Source: Alteromonadaceae bacterium
GTDB lineage: Bacteria; Pseudomonadota; Gammaproteobacteria; Enterobacterales; Alteromonadaceae
Length of the DNA stretch: 64,000 bases
Direction of reading: 5' to 3'
NCBI GenBank assembly: GCA_013216015.1
Contig: JABSOI010000019.1
Coordinates: 42,316 to 106,315, forward strand
The notes below the pieces were generated by a model. That model searched no databases. It worked only from the letters and a program-made list of their open reading frames with translations, and was not told the origin of the DNA. Position 1 is the stretch's first letter. Each line of letters begins with the position of its first letter. Positions 1 through 10,337 of the stretch are shown piece by piece. The translations under genes were made by a program, and so were the position numbers.

Positions 1-1
1 G

Positions 2-177
2 CTAACGCTTCCATTTCGCCTCAGACTGTTAAACACTGCGATGTTTGAGAACTCTGAGCATGACTTTCCTAAGAAAATAGTCTATCAACTCATTGATGGA
101 AATAACATGGAAGTATTGGTTACAGGTGATAAAACTGAGGGCTTTAAAATTGAATACACTCGTAAATACGATAACTA
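2..177 (+). CDS. 3' end of a hypothetical protein (gene begins upstream of window)
   Basis: Open frame from the window edge to TAA at 175-177 (…MFENSEHDFPKKIVYQLIDGNNMEVLVTGDKTEGFKIEYTRKYDN*). No recognisable domain. Confidence 0.3.
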
Positions 178-462
178 ACAAGACACTATTTTGAAGAATT
201 GCCGTTCTTAGTTTTAATTATTCCAAGGCTGCGTATTCCGGCGAAATCGCTCCCAAAGTGCTACAGAATTTTAATTTTAAATTTACTGAATATTGAATTT
301 CAGAGATACTTTTCTTATCTGGTTAAGATCAAAAAAATTAACCAGCTAGATTGTTTAACGTCAATTTTTAAGCGATTAGCGGAAGCAACATATTAATAAT
401 AAATTTGTATGTTTTGCTGCTTTGCTTTTAAGAGGAGTAAAGCAGCAAACGTTTAATGCAAG

Positions 463-1638
463 TTACAATATCTCGTACACTCTAACTTTATCACTCTCGC
501 TGCTCATTTGGGTCAGAGCTAACTTAATACTTGGTTGTAATTGTGCAAGGTTAGGCGAACGGTGAATAATATCGACAAGTGTATTCGCCAATTCATAATC
601 AGAGTCCATTTCTTTGGACGCCAGCTCAACAACTTTAATGGTTTGCAATGTGGCTAGTTTTTCGTAAGGCAACGTAGTCAATACTCGCTGTAGTTCATAG
701 TCAGAACCAATATCTTGACTAGCATTAAGTATTTTATCTATTGGGAAAATTCTGCTTTTTATTGCCAAATGCACCAATAAACGACGTTTTTCATAATCTG
801 AATCGATGGTTTTAGATACGTTTAGTAGTGCATCGTGAGCCTCAAAACTATTAGGAATAACAGTAGATAACTCCATCAACAACTCAGTAAGCTCGTAATC
901 TGAACCAATATTTTTGGTGCTTTCAAATAGTGTTATCCATACTTTATTTGCCTGTATTTTCTGATGCTTTGCAATGGAAGCTATCGTTTTAGCTTGCACA
1001 TAATCGCTGCTCAATAGTTTAGTGGCTTTAAGTAATGCTTGTTGTTGGTTTGGCGTAAGTTGGGTTAGTTTTGCAAGCTCTGTAATATATACGCCTTGGG
1101 TATCACCATTTTGTATTTGCTCGATCTCGTTTAGTACACCTTTAAGACCTTTTTTAGCAAATATTGTGTTTACACGATACTTGGAGTTTAAAGAGGTATT
1201 TCTAAAAATTGCCAACAAGGCTGCTTGTAGCTGTATGTGAGTTTGTTCGCTCTCTTGTATCGGCTTGTCATTAAGAGAAACACTTCGGACAGTACCAGAT
1301 TGTGAATTGCTAAAACTAAATGCCAGCTTTTCGTCTATCAGCCAAATGTTTAAGCTACTATTTTTTGGCAGCTCAATAATGTCGCTAGCATCTTCATTAA
1401 GCTCTATTTGGCCATTTAAGTTAGCCGTTACTTTGTACTCTGTGCCTGCGTAGGAAAAGTGGCGTTTCAGTTCGATAATCTCGCCTCTTGAGTCTGTTTT
1501 TGTATATTGGTTGTCGTATATATCAGCGCAAGCACTTAAACTCAACATAAAAAAAGCGATTATGAGCGTAATGAAAACGGATTCGTTTGTATTCTTTATC
1601 ATAAAAAGTGCCTGTAAAATAGAGGGTGATTGCTGCAT
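463..1638 (-). CDS. Repeat-containing lipoprotein (5x ~35-aa helical repeats with I/MxSDYE motif); true start possibly internal Met (MIKNT…)
   Basis: ORF 391 aa. Signal peptide with lipobox (FFMLSLSAC). Motifs IGSDYEL / IDSDYEK / IGSDYEL / MDSDYEL recur at ~35-aa period. Confidence 0.55.
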   Translation of the reverse strand: MQQSPSILQALFMIKNTNESVFITLIIAFFMLSLSACADIYDNQYTKTDSRGEIIELKRHFSYAGTEYKVTANLNGQIELNEDASDIIELPKNSSLNIWLIDEKLAFSFSNSQSGTVRSVSLNDKPIQESEQTHIQLQAALLAIFRNTSLNSKYRVNTIFAKKGLKGVLNEIEQIQNGDTQGVYITELAKLTQLTPNQQQALLKATKLLSSDYVQAKTIASIAKHQKIQANKVWITLFESTKNIGSDYELTELLMELSTVIPNSFEAHDALLNVSKTIDSDYEKRRLLVHLAIKSRIFPIDKILNASQDIGSDYELQRVLTTLPYEKLATLQTIKVVELASKEMDSDYELANTLVDIIHRSPNLAQLQPSIKLALTQMSSESDKVRVYEIL

Positions 1639-1800
1639 TTTACACCATTATTCATTAATTACTGTTGATTTAAAGTGGGTTGGAAAAAATTATGCCTTTA
1701 TTTAACCATTTGATTTTCAATTAATATGTTTATTTTTAACCTGCGTTTTTTTAGTGGACCCATTTTTTGGATAGAAATAGCTAAATTTTAGTGTAATAAG

Positions 1801-2883
1801 TTAACCGCTGCTTGTTTTGGAAGTAGGTCTTGTTGGTTTGTGTCGTGCAGATTCTCTGAATCGCCCCGGCGCTTCCCCTGTCCAGCGTTTGAATGCTCGT
1901 TGGAAAGCGGCAGGTGAGCCAAAGCCCAATAAATAAGCTATTTCCCCCAAGGTAAGTTGGGTATCGCAGACATAGCTTACAGATAAATCCCGGCGAGTAT
2001 TGTTAAGTGTTTGTTGAAAACTTCCTCCTTCTTCAACAAGTTTTCGTCTTACTGTCCAGGGGGCCATATTTAATTGTTTTGCAACTTGCTCCAACGTTGG
2101 CGTTGTACCATTTAATAAAGGACTAATAACATGGCTTACTTTTTCGTGAAAACTATAGCCCAGATATACTTTTTCCAGATCAGCATCAGCCTGCCTTTTC
2201 AGTAATTCAAAGGTTGAAATGCAATGATTTACACATGGCCATGTTAAGGCCTCTTTTTTGATAACCATGTAATTATTGGGCTGAGCAAATAAAACGTCGC
2301 AGTTAAAATAGTCTTTATATTTTTGTTCATATGCGGGGGCTGAGAATTCAAAACAAACCTTTTCAACAGCGCCTTCACGTCCAGACAAGTGTTGTAATAT
2401 TTGATACCAGCCAGACATTACAGAATCTACCACGAAATAATTATAATCGTTATAAGGGCTAATCGAATAAAATTCCAGAATGCCTTTGCCTTTGTGGGTG
2501 TGTAATTGTGGATCGCTGCCTCGTTGAATTTGAAAACTAGATTTACCTCTGGCATTAAAAGCCGTTAGTGCTTCGTATTTAGACAGTTGCTGACATGCAT
2601 GTTTGATATTTTGGGAGGAAAAGGCAAGCAAACCTGCTACACCCAAATTCGTTAATGAAGTTACTTGCCCCATTATTAAACCAAACCAGGGTATTTGGCT
2701 TTTTTTAATACAGGCGTGACCTAATCGCATGAATTTGGGAATACTTACCCGTGCATCAGGAGATGCTAAACTAGTGGTGTTCAAAGAAAATTTCTGCAAA
2801 ATATCATCAATATTATAATCAAGTTTTATCATTGCCTTGATCATAATATCAACATGAGAAACTGAAACGTCTCCAAGCTTCAT
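1801..2883 (-). CDS. AraC/XylS-family transcriptional regulator
   Basis: C-terminal AraC HTH (LGEIAYLLGFGSPAAFQRAFKRWTGEAPGRFR). Divergent from fadH. Confidence 0.8.
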   Translation of the reverse strand: MKLGDVSVSHVDIMIKAMIKLDYNIDDILQKFSLNTTSLASPDARVSIPKFMRLGHACIKKSQIPWFGLIMGQVTSLTNLGVAGLLAFSSQNIKHACQQLSKYEALTAFNARGKSSFQIQRGSDPQLHTHKGKGILEFYSISPYNDYNYFVVDSVMSGWYQILQHLSGREGAVEKVCFEFSAPAYEQKYKDYFNCDVLFAQPNNYMVIKKEALTWPCVNHCISTFELLKRQADADLEKVYLGYSFHEKVSHVISPLLNGTTPTLEQVAKQLNMAPWTVRRKLVEEGGSFQQTLNNTRRDLSVSYVCDTQLTLGEIAYLLGFGSPAAFQRAFKRWTGEAPGRFRESARHKPTRPTSKTSSG

Positions 2884-3011
2884 TAATACCCCCTCCCCAC
2901 CTTGTGCAAAGTATAGTCATCAAATTGTAATTATTGGTCATTGAGCTATATTACCATTCGCTTTATTGTTAACCAACTACATAATTTGAAAAATTTAATG
3001 GAATTGAAGCA

Positions 3012-5030
3012 ATGACCATAGCATACCCGCATTTAATGGAACCACTGGATTTAGGTTTTAGAATAATCAAAAATCGTAGCTTAATGGGCTCTATGCATAC
3101 CAGTTTAGAAGAAGCGCCTAATGGCTTTGTTAGAATGGCTGCTTATTATGCAGAGCGTGCAGCTGGTGGTATTGGTATTATAGTAACAGGTGGGTTTGCT
3201 CCAAATATTGAAGGTGGAGGGATGCCAAATGCAACGATGATCGCTACAGAGGATGATATCGAAAATCACCGACTGATCACTGATGCCGTTCATAAAGAAG
3301 ATGGGGTTATCTGTATGCAGATTTTGCATACGGGTCGTTATGCTTATCACCCTCAGTTAGTTAGTTGCTCTCCTGTGCAGGCACCAATAAATCAATTTGT
3401 ACCAAAAGAGCTTGATGAGGAAGGCATTGAAAAACAAATTCAAGACTTTGTCAGTTGTGCCATAAATGCTCAAAGTGCAGGGTATGACGGTGTCGAAATA
3501 ATGGGATCGGAAGGTTATTTTATTAATCAGTTTATTTGTAAACGCACTAATAAAAGAACTGATAGATGGGGTGGAAGTTATCAAAACCGTATCCGGTTGG
3601 CGTTAGAAATTGTTCGTCGTACCCGTGAAGCGGTTGGAGAAAAGTTCATCCTCATTTTTAGATTATCAATGCTGGATCTTGTTGAAGACGGAAGTACCTG
3701 GGAAGAAGTGGTTGAACTTGCAAAAGGTATAGAAAAAGTTGGAGCAACTATAATAAACACGGGTATAGGTTGGCATGAAGCACGTGTACCGACAATTTCG
3801 ACTAGTGTACCAAGAGGCGCATTTGTTGAAATAACTAAGCGGTTGAAAAGTGAAATTAATATTCCGTTATGTACAACAAATCGTATTAATACGCCTGAAG
3901 TTGCTGAAGATATATTGTCTGAAGGTAATGCTGATATTATTTCAATGGCCCGTCCTCTGTTGGCAGATCCACAATTTATGGTTAAAGCGGCTGCGAATAA
4001 AGCCGATGAAATCAATACGTGTATTGGGTGTAATCAGGCATGTTTAGATCATATTTTTGAAATGAAGCTGGCTTCTTGTTTGGTTAACCCGTTGGCCTGT
4101 CATGAAACTGAAATAATTATAAATCAAGCTATAAGTATTAAGAAAATAGCTGTTGTTGGTGCTGGTCCTGCAGGTCTTGCTGCGGCAACTACCGCAGCAA
4201 AAAGAGGTCATGATGTGACTTTATTTGAAGCTGATAACAAAATTGGCGGACAATTCAATATTGCTAAACAAGTGCCGGGTAAAGAAGAATTTGGGGAAAC
4301 AATCAGATATTTCAACAAACAGATAGAGCTTACGGGTGTTAAATTAAAACTTAATACTAAAGCTAACCTTGAAGATTTAACTAATTTTGACGAAGTGCTT
4401 CTTGCTACAGGTATTAGTCCTCGTTTACCTGATATTCCTGGTGTTGAACATGAAAAAGTAATGACTTATCTAGATGTATTACGAGACAAAAAACCTGTTG
4501 GTAAACGTGTGGCAATTATTGGTGCCGGCGGTATTGGTTTTGATGTTGGTGAATTTCTAACTCATCAGGGTAAGTTAACTTCTCTGGATAAAGCGGCCTA
4601 CATGAAAGAGTGGGGCGTTGATCTGAACTACTCAACACCGGGTGGTTTAATATCACCGAAAGTTGAGCCTTCACCGCGTGAAGTGTTTCTAATTCAGAGA
4701 AAATCATCAAAAGTGGGTGATGGTTTAGGAAAAAGTACAGGTTGGATCCACCGCACGGTATTAAAAAATAAAGGCGTAAAAATGATAAAAAGTGCGCAAT
4801 ATACCAAAATTGATAATGATGGTTTACACCTGTTAGTCGATGGTCAAGAGCATCTTTTATCGGTTGATAATATCATTATTTGTGCGGGTCAAAACTCTCA
4901 ACGTGAATTACAAGCCCAACTTGAATCTGCTAAAGTTAAAGTAACCTTAATTGGTGGTGCAGACGTTGCTGCGGAACTTGATGCTAAACGAGCGATTAAG
5001 CAAGGAACGATAGTAGCTGCAGCTATTTAA
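3012..5030 (+). CDS. fadH: 2,4-dienoyl-CoA reductase (NADPH), Old-Yellow-Enzyme TIM barrel plus FAD/NAD(P) Rossmann domains
   Basis: 672 aa, the same length as E. coli FadH. N-terminal LDLGF..KNR.LMGSMHT. Internal GxGxxG pairs (VVGAGPAGL, IIGAGGIG). 4Fe-4S Cys cluster CIGCNQAC. Confidence 0.9.
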   Translation: MTIAYPHLMEPLDLGFRIIKNRSLMGSMHTSLEEAPNGFVRMAAYYAERAAGGIGIIVTGGFAPNIEGGGMPNATMIATEDDIENHRLITDAVHKEDGVICMQILHTGRYAYHPQLVSCSPVQAPINQFVPKELDEEGIEKQIQDFVSCAINAQSAGYDGVEIMGSEGYFINQFICKRTNKRTDRWGGSYQNRIRLALEIVRRTREAVGEKFILIFRLSMLDLVEDGSTWEEVVELAKGIEKVGATIINTGIGWHEARVPTISTSVPRGAFVEITKRLKSEINIPLCTTNRINTPEVAEDILSEGNADIISMARPLLADPQFMVKAAANKADEINTCIGCNQACLDHIFEMKLASCLVNPLACHETEIIINQAISIKKIAVVGAGPAGLAAATTAAKRGHDVTLFEADNKIGGQFNIAKQVPGKEEFGETIRYFNKQIELTGVKLKLNTKANLEDLTNFDEVLLATGISPRLPDIPGVEHEKVMTYLDVLRDKKPVGKRVAIIGAGGIGFDVGEFLTHQGKLTSLDKAAYMKEWGVDLNYSTPGGLISPKVEPSPREVFLIQRKSSKVGDGLGKSTGWIHRTVLKNKGVKMIKSAQYTKIDNDGLHLLVDGQEHLLSVDNIIICAGQNSQRELQAQLESAKVKVTLIGGADVAAELDAKRAIKQGTIVAAAI

Positions 5031-5065
5031 TATTCGTTTGGATAGGGATGGCACTACTTAAACAC

Positions 5066-5110
5066 CCTGGAAATGCTGAAGCTTGCATTTCCAGGTGGTT
5101 TGGGTATATT
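5066..5110 (+). terminator. Rho-independent terminator after fadH
   Basis: Hairpin ccctggaaatgc-N8-gcatttccagg followed by a T-rich tract. Confidence 0.5.
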
Positions 5111-5167
5111 TTGGACATACAATTGGTCTATTACCTTGCTTTGCTTTAAAATAATTATTTAAGTTTT

Positions 5168-5992
5168 TTAACTTACCAGATAACGACGAAAACCAACCAG
5201 TAATAATGCAGTTAAAGCAATAAATGAAAGACTACCTCCATGTCCGCTACTATGGCTACGTCTATCTTCTTCTATATAATCATAATTTGCACTTTCTAAC
5301 GGTAAGGCAAATAATGTGTTGGTATCATCGCTGCTGATGGTGGCAACGGGATCGTTATAACCCACTTCGTATAAGTCAATTAACACATCATAATAATCAC
5401 TGCCATAACCATCATCTAACGTTGTGAGCACTTCATAGTTATCAGTGCTGCTGTCTGAATAAATGATGAAATCATCGGTGGTATAATAATGTAACCATTC
5501 GCCACCATTTTTACTTAGATATAACTCTGCATAAACCTCAACAAATTCAGAGCCGTAATAGTTATAAACATCAGCATCGAAGGTAACACTAAATTTTTGG
5601 TAGAAGCCGTCAAAGTCATTATCATAAAGTAAATGAGAATGGGCATCATAGATACTGAATTCGTGATGGCCAATTCTCGCAGCACGTGTAACGCTGGAAC
5701 CTGAGGTGGCACTAACAGTATTAGCTTGTTGTTGTTGTTTTAAAAGAAGAATTTCAGATCGAGTTTTTCCGGTTGCTTTACCCAATATTTGATCACTCAG
5801 GACGATGTTTTTACTCTGTTCAACATAGTTTTTTCGAACTTGTTCGGTAATTTCTTTTTGTGGTGCGCCAAAAGAAGTCGTTGTTTGAGTTTCATTTGCG
5901 CTAGCTGTGTTTATGCCCAAAACAGCAAAGCTTAAACATAATATTAATGTTTTGTGTGTGGCTAATTTATTTTCAAGTTTACTTTTGTTCAT
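5168..5992 (-). CDS. Secreted acidic D/Y-rich protein with GlyGly-CTERM-type sorting tail
   Basis: N-terminal signal peptide. C-terminus SSGHGGSLSFIALTALLLVGFRRYLVS (GG + TM + basic residues), typical of rhombosortase substrates. Confidence 0.6.
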   Translation of the reverse strand: MNKSKLENKLATHKTLILCLSFAVLGINTASANETQTTTSFGAPQKEITEQVRKNYVEQSKNIVLSDQILGKATGKTRSEILLLKQQQQANTVSATSGSSVTRAARIGHHEFSIYDAHSHLLYDNDFDGFYQKFSVTFDADVYNYYGSEFVEVYAELYLSKNGGEWLHYYTTDDFIIYSDSSTDNYEVLTTLDDGYGSDYYDVLIDLYEVGYNDPVATISSDDTNTLFALPLESANYDYIEEDRRSHSSGHGGSLSFIALTALLLVGFRRYLVS

Positions 5993-6269
5993 AACTTTAT
6001 CCCTAATAATTATCTATGCAGTTGTTGGCAATCATTAAAGCTTAATTTAACTGAACAAAGGCTGAACGTGATGTAAGGCTTTGTAGTGGAAATGTAAAAA
6101 GGTGTAAATTCACTAGATGGGTGCTCGTACTAATAGATTTAATCCTGCTATTCGAATAACAGATCCCTTTTTTCTGTTCAACAAATACCGTTCAGCAAAG
6201 GTTCAGTAAAGCAGTTGTATTCTGGTTCTATATCAAAACGAGTTAGATGTAGAAATACAGTTTCAATTT

Positions 6270-6827
6270 TTGGAGAATATTATGAAAGTACTTATTAATA
6301 CCATTTTAGCGTTAGTTATTTATTCGATATCAGCTAGTGCAAATGCTGCTCATCAGCAAAATTCAGTTTTTTATAAAAAAGCAGATGTTATAAAAGCCAC
6401 GCCAATTTATAAGAGAGTAACTGTTAAGCGCCCTGTGTATGGTTGTCAACACAACTTATCATCACGTCATTATCATCATAAAAATGCATTGGCAACCGTT
6501 TTAGGTGCAACTATAGGTGGTGTTATTGGTCATAAAATATTTAAAAAATCGCGATTAAAACATGTTGGTACTATTGCTGGCGCCGTTGTTGGTGGTGCTA
6601 TTGGTCATGATATCGGTACAAGACATCGTACTACTAGTCATAGAACCACTAGTCATAGAACCTCTCATCATAATCATCACACAAGTTGCGTATCTGAAAC
6701 AGAAGTGATAAAAAAATTAATGGGATATCGTGTTACTTATCGGTATCAGGGTGAATTGTTTACTACACGTACAAAACAGCACCCTGGAAAACGAATCAAC
6801 ATAAAAATTCAAGTTGAAGCAATATAG
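6270..6827 (+). CDS. Glycine-zipper (2TM/Rick_17kDa-like) outer-membrane/lipoprotein-like protein with His-rich TSHRT repeats
   Basis: Signal peptide. GATIGGVIGH and GTIAGAVVGGAIGH glycine zippers. HRTTSHRTTSHRTSHHNHH repeat. Confidence 0.5.
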   Translation: MENIMKVLINTILALVIYSISASANAAHQQNSVFYKKADVIKATPIYKRVTVKRPVYGCQHNLSSRHYHHKNALATVLGATIGGVIGHKIFKKSRLKHVGTIAGAVVGGAIGHDIGTRHRTTSHRTTSHRTSHHNHHTSCVSETEVIKKLMGYRVTYRYQGELFTTRTKQHPGKRINIKIQVEAI

Positions 6828-6920
6828 TTAAGGAGCATTTTAATTTGGGTATATATTTAAAAGAACCAATCTTTTACACTGTTATAAATACCAAATAATT
6901 TTAGTTACAGGCCTGATTTA

Positions 6921-7235
6921 ATGAAAACACTTGTTGCGCTTTTTATTTTTTGCTTTTTGTTAACCTCTCCAATAACTTGGGCGAAGTATGATGCGTATTC
7001 GCCTGCAGCAGCAGAACGTTCTGCAAAGTCAAATCAAAGTCAAAAAGCGTTAAAAGTACGCAGTTCACAGCAAGCCGCTAAGTTAGTCAAACAGCGATAT
7101 GGTGGCAAGGTATTAAAGGTGAGCAAGAAAAATGTAAATGGTCACAGTGGATATAAAGTTAAATTAATTAAGTCTAATGGGCATGTAGTTACTATTATAG
7201 TTGATGCTCAAACTGGCCGATTAAGTGGCAATTAA
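6921..7235 (+). CDS. PepSY-domain secreted protein
   Basis: Signal peptide. C-terminal YGGKVLKV…GYKVKLIKSNGHVVTIIVDAQTGRL PepSY-like motif. Immediately upstream of the TCS. Confidence 0.6.
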   Translation: MKTLVALFIFCFLLTSPITWAKYDAYSPAAAERSAKSNQSQKALKVRSSQQAAKLVKQRYGGKVLKVSKKNVNGHSGYKVKLIKSNGHVVTIIVDAQTGRLSGN

Positions 7236-7318
7236 TCTGTTGTGTATCATTAAATAACAGACCATTAAATATCAGAGATAGTACAAAAGAAACAAAGTAC
7301 ACGGAAAGGAAAAAAATT

Positions 7319-8005
7319 ATGCGTTTATTGTTGGTTGAAGACGATTTAGATCTACAAAATAACTTAAAACAGCATTTAATTGCTGAAAACTATTCAGTAG
7401 ACGTGGCAAGCGATGGCGAGACAGGTTTATTTCAAGGAACAGAGTATCCCTATGACGCCGCAATTATCGATGTTGGTTTACCCATTATTGACGGTATTAG
7501 CTTAATAAAATCATTACGCAGGCAAAATATTACTTTTCCAGTGTTAATTTTAACTGCACGAGATCGTTGGCAAGACAAAGTTGAAGGATTAGATGCTGGA
7601 GCCGACGACTACCTGACTAAACCTTTTCAAAATGAAGAATTATTAGCCCGGTTAAATGCGCTTATCCGACGTTCAGCAGGACAAGCCAGTCCGCTTATTG
7701 AAAATGGCCCCCTGACTTTAAACACCTTAAGTTTACAGGTACAAGTAAATAACCGGGAGATTAATTTAAGTAGTTCAGAATATAAATTACTGGAATATTT
7801 AATGTTGCATCTTGGTGAGGTTAAGTCTAAATCAGTACTTACAGAGCATATTTATGATCAAGATTTTGATCTCGACTCCAATGTTATTGAAGTTTTTATT
7901 CGCCGTTTACGTAAAAAATTAGATCCTGACAGTGAATTCAATTTTATTGAAACTTTGCGTGGTCAAGGATACAGACTAAAAATTATGGCAAAGAGTGAAT
8001 GCTGA
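7319..8005 (+). CDS. OmpR/PhoB-family response regulator (PhoP-like)
   Basis: Receiver domain (LLVEDD…D at IIDVGLP…TARD…K) plus winged-helix C-terminus (VFIRRLRKKLD…LRGQGYRL). Confidence 0.85.
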   Translation: MRLLLVEDDLDLQNNLKQHLIAENYSVDVASDGETGLFQGTEYPYDAAIIDVGLPIIDGISLIKSLRRQNITFPVLILTARDRWQDKVEGLDAGADDYLTKPFQNEELLARLNALIRRSAGQASPLIENGPLTLNTLSLQVQVNNREINLSSSEYKLLEYLMLHLGEVKSKSVLTEHIYDQDFDLDSNVIEVFIRRLRKKLDPDSEFNFIETLRGQGYRLKIMAKSEC

Positions 8006-9374
8006 TTTGAGTAAATATAGATTTTTACCTGTTTGGCGTTTAAATTCACTAAAAGTTAGATTAATGCTTAGTGCACTACTCATGATTATTATTGTATTAC
8101 CTATTATTGGTATTACATTAAATAATGCCTTTGAAGTACAAATAAGAAGCGCAGTAAAAAATGAATTAAGTGCTTATAGTTATTCTATTTTAACCGTAGC
8201 CGAGGTTGAATATAACCACTTGTTTATGCCAGAACAACTTCTGGAAAATCAATTTAATGTGACTGAATCCGGTTTGTATGCACTGATCACCTCAAAGGGT
8301 GAAGCAAGCGATGTTCTCTGGGCTTCAAGTTCATTGTTAGGTATTGATACACCAAGTGATTTAGCCTCACCACAAGTTGGTCAGTCTCAATTTTTAGAAG
8401 GCGTTATTGATGGAAGACCACATTTAATTTATAGCTTCAGTGCCAGTTTTACAAGTGATGTCTCTGATGGCGAAAAATCATTTCCGTTGACCCTGCACAT
8501 TATTAAAGATCAGGCTGATTTAATACAGGTTATTGATCAGTTTAAACAGCAACTCTGGTCTTGGTTGTTTATATTAATGCTGTTACTGATATTTGTACAA
8601 ATAGGTTGGTTAAAGTGGACGTTAAAGCCGCTATTAACATTAAAAAAAGAACTGGCTATGGTTGAGCAGGGAAAAGCAGAAAAGCTGCAGGCAAGTTACC
8701 CTCAAGAGTTAGAACAGGTAACTACTCAGGTAAATATTTTACTTCAAACCGAACAAACTCAACGAAAACGTTATAGAAATGCCTTGTCTGATTTGGCACA
8801 TAGTTTAAAAACCCCCTTAGCTGTTATGCAAAGTCAAAGTAATTTATCTGCGACCTCATCAGAGCAAATAACCGTTATTAATAACACGATAGAGCATCAA
8901 TTGAAACGTGCGCAAAGTGCGGGTGAATCATCTTGGCATTTAGGTATTTTGATTGAGCCTATTGCTAAAAAACTTTGCACTACGCTCGGAAAAATATATA
9001 GAGATAAAAAGTTAACTATTAGCGAACAAATTCCACAGCAGGCTATTTTTAAGGGCGATGAGGCTGATTTAATGGAAATACTCGGTAATTTAATGGACAA
9101 CGCTTGTAAAGCAGCTAAATCAGAAATCATTTTAAAAGTACAACAGACTGAAAATAAACTGGTTTTCTTTATTGAAGATGATGGTCAAGGCATTAGTGAT
9201 AGCCAAAAACAAACTATTTTGAATCGTGGCACCAGGGCTGATACGTATCAACAGGGGCATGGTATTGGTTTAGCGATTGTCAGAGATTTGGTTGCAAGTT
9301 ACCAGGGTCAATTAAGTATTGAAAAGTCACATGAACTTGGTGGTGCTAAATTTGTTGTGATCTTTGAGTCTTAA
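7995..9374 (+). CDS. Sensor histidine kinase (PhoQ-like)
   Basis: Two TMs flanking a periplasmic domain, HAMP, H-box LSDLAHSLKTPLAVM, and HATPase N/G boxes (NLMDNACKAA, GHGIGLAIV). The 11-nt overlap with the RR gene suggests one operon. Confidence 0.8.
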   Translation: MNADLSKYRFLPVWRLNSLKVRLMLSALLMIIIVLPIIGITLNNAFEVQIRSAVKNELSAYSYSILTVAEVEYNHLFMPEQLLENQFNVTESGLYALITSKGEASDVLWASSSLLGIDTPSDLASPQVGQSQFLEGVIDGRPHLIYSFSASFTSDVSDGEKSFPLTLHIIKDQADLIQVIDQFKQQLWSWLFILMLLLIFVQIGWLKWTLKPLLTLKKELAMVEQGKAEKLQASYPQELEQVTTQVNILLQTEQTQRKRYRNALSDLAHSLKTPLAVMQSQSNLSATSSEQITVINNTIEHQLKRAQSAGESSWHLGILIEPIAKKLCTTLGKIYRDKKLTISEQIPQQAIFKGDEADLMEILGNLMDNACKAAKSEIILKVQQTENKLVFFIEDDGQGISDSQKQTILNRGTRADTYQQGHGIGLAIVRDLVASYQGQLSIEKSHELGGAKFVVIFES

Positions 9375-9385
9375 GCTGTAAATTC

Positions 9386-10297
9386 CTATTTTGAATTTAA
9401 ATCTATTATTGAATGTTTATCCGATGCTTTGAAATACTTTTTTGGCGAGCAACTCATATGTTTTTTAAACATAGTAATGAAAGCAGACGCTGAATCGTAA
9501 CCCATATCTAAAGCAATTAAATTAATGGCTTCACCTCTATCAATTCTTTCTAAGGAATACAATATTCTTATTCTTTGTCGCCATTCGACAAATCCCATTT
9601 TAGTTTCTTTTTGAAATAACCTGTTGAGGGTTCTTGGTGTTGCTCCAATGGTTTCACTCCACTTCTCTAATGTGGTGCTATTGGCTGGATCGTTATTCAG
9701 TATTGATGATATTTTTTTCAGTCGTTTATCTTTGGGCATATTCAAGAAAAGAGGTGCAGTGCTAGCGGATTGAATTTGATCAATTAATACCGATAGCATA
9801 CGTTTGTTAGTTGAATTAACAGGATAATCAACAGGCCACTGAGTAACCGTGAAGATTAATTCTCTCAGCAAAGCGTTGACATTAATTGAGGTGGTGTTGC
9901 CTGGTAACGTTTTTGCCCAATCATTATCAATATACAAGCTTCTAAAGCTTGCGCAGTAGCGGGTTGAAATTTCGTGCGGAGTGTATTTAGGTAACCAGAG
10001 TGCGCGCTCAGGCGGGATAATAAAACTGGCATCAGGGAGGTTTACTTTTAAAATACCTTTGGATGCGTAGACAAGTTGTCCCCAAGGATGTTGATGTTCT
10101 TCGACAAAAAAATTTTCAGGCATTTCATAAACCCTGAAAAGAATAGGTCTTGCGAGTTCTTCTGGATAAGCGCCTGATTTTCCTTTTGTCCAGGTAGGTA
10201 TGTCTGAAATGATAAATAATCTGTCTTTAATGCGAAATACTGCATGGGAGTGTAACGATATAATAACCACCTGACAACGATTAGTCCTCAGTAACAA
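9386..10297 (-). CDS. AraC-family regulator with N-terminal cupin sensor domain (start uncertain)
   Basis: HQHPWGQLVYA cupin motif. C-terminal AraC HTH (ATPRTLNRLF…). Divergent from the MFS gene. Confidence 0.75.
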   Translation of the reverse strand: MLLRTNRCQVVIISLHSHAVFRIKDRLFIISDIPTWTKGKSGAYPEELARPILFRVYEMPENFFVEEHQHPWGQLVYASKGILKVNLPDASFIIPPERALWLPKYTPHEISTRYCASFRSLYIDNDWAKTLPGNTTSINVNALLRELIFTVTQWPVDYPVNSTNKRMLSVLIDQIQSASTAPLFLNMPKDKRLKKISSILNNDPANSTTLEKWSETIGATPRTLNRLFQKETKMGFVEWRQRIRILYSLERIDRGEAINLIALDMGYDSASAFITMFKKHMSCSPKKYFKASDKHSIIDLNSK

Positions 10298-10337
10298 TAT
10301 TAATTTATCTTACCTATTTCACCCATAAGGAGATTAG

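Noticed and set aside
3105-4015. Several 60-144-aa minus-strand ORFs inside fadH, and similar small ORFs inside the MCP, the giant ATPase, the flotillin gene and others
   Set aside because: They are antisense to strongly supported genes, low complexity and without motifs, so they are treated as spurious.
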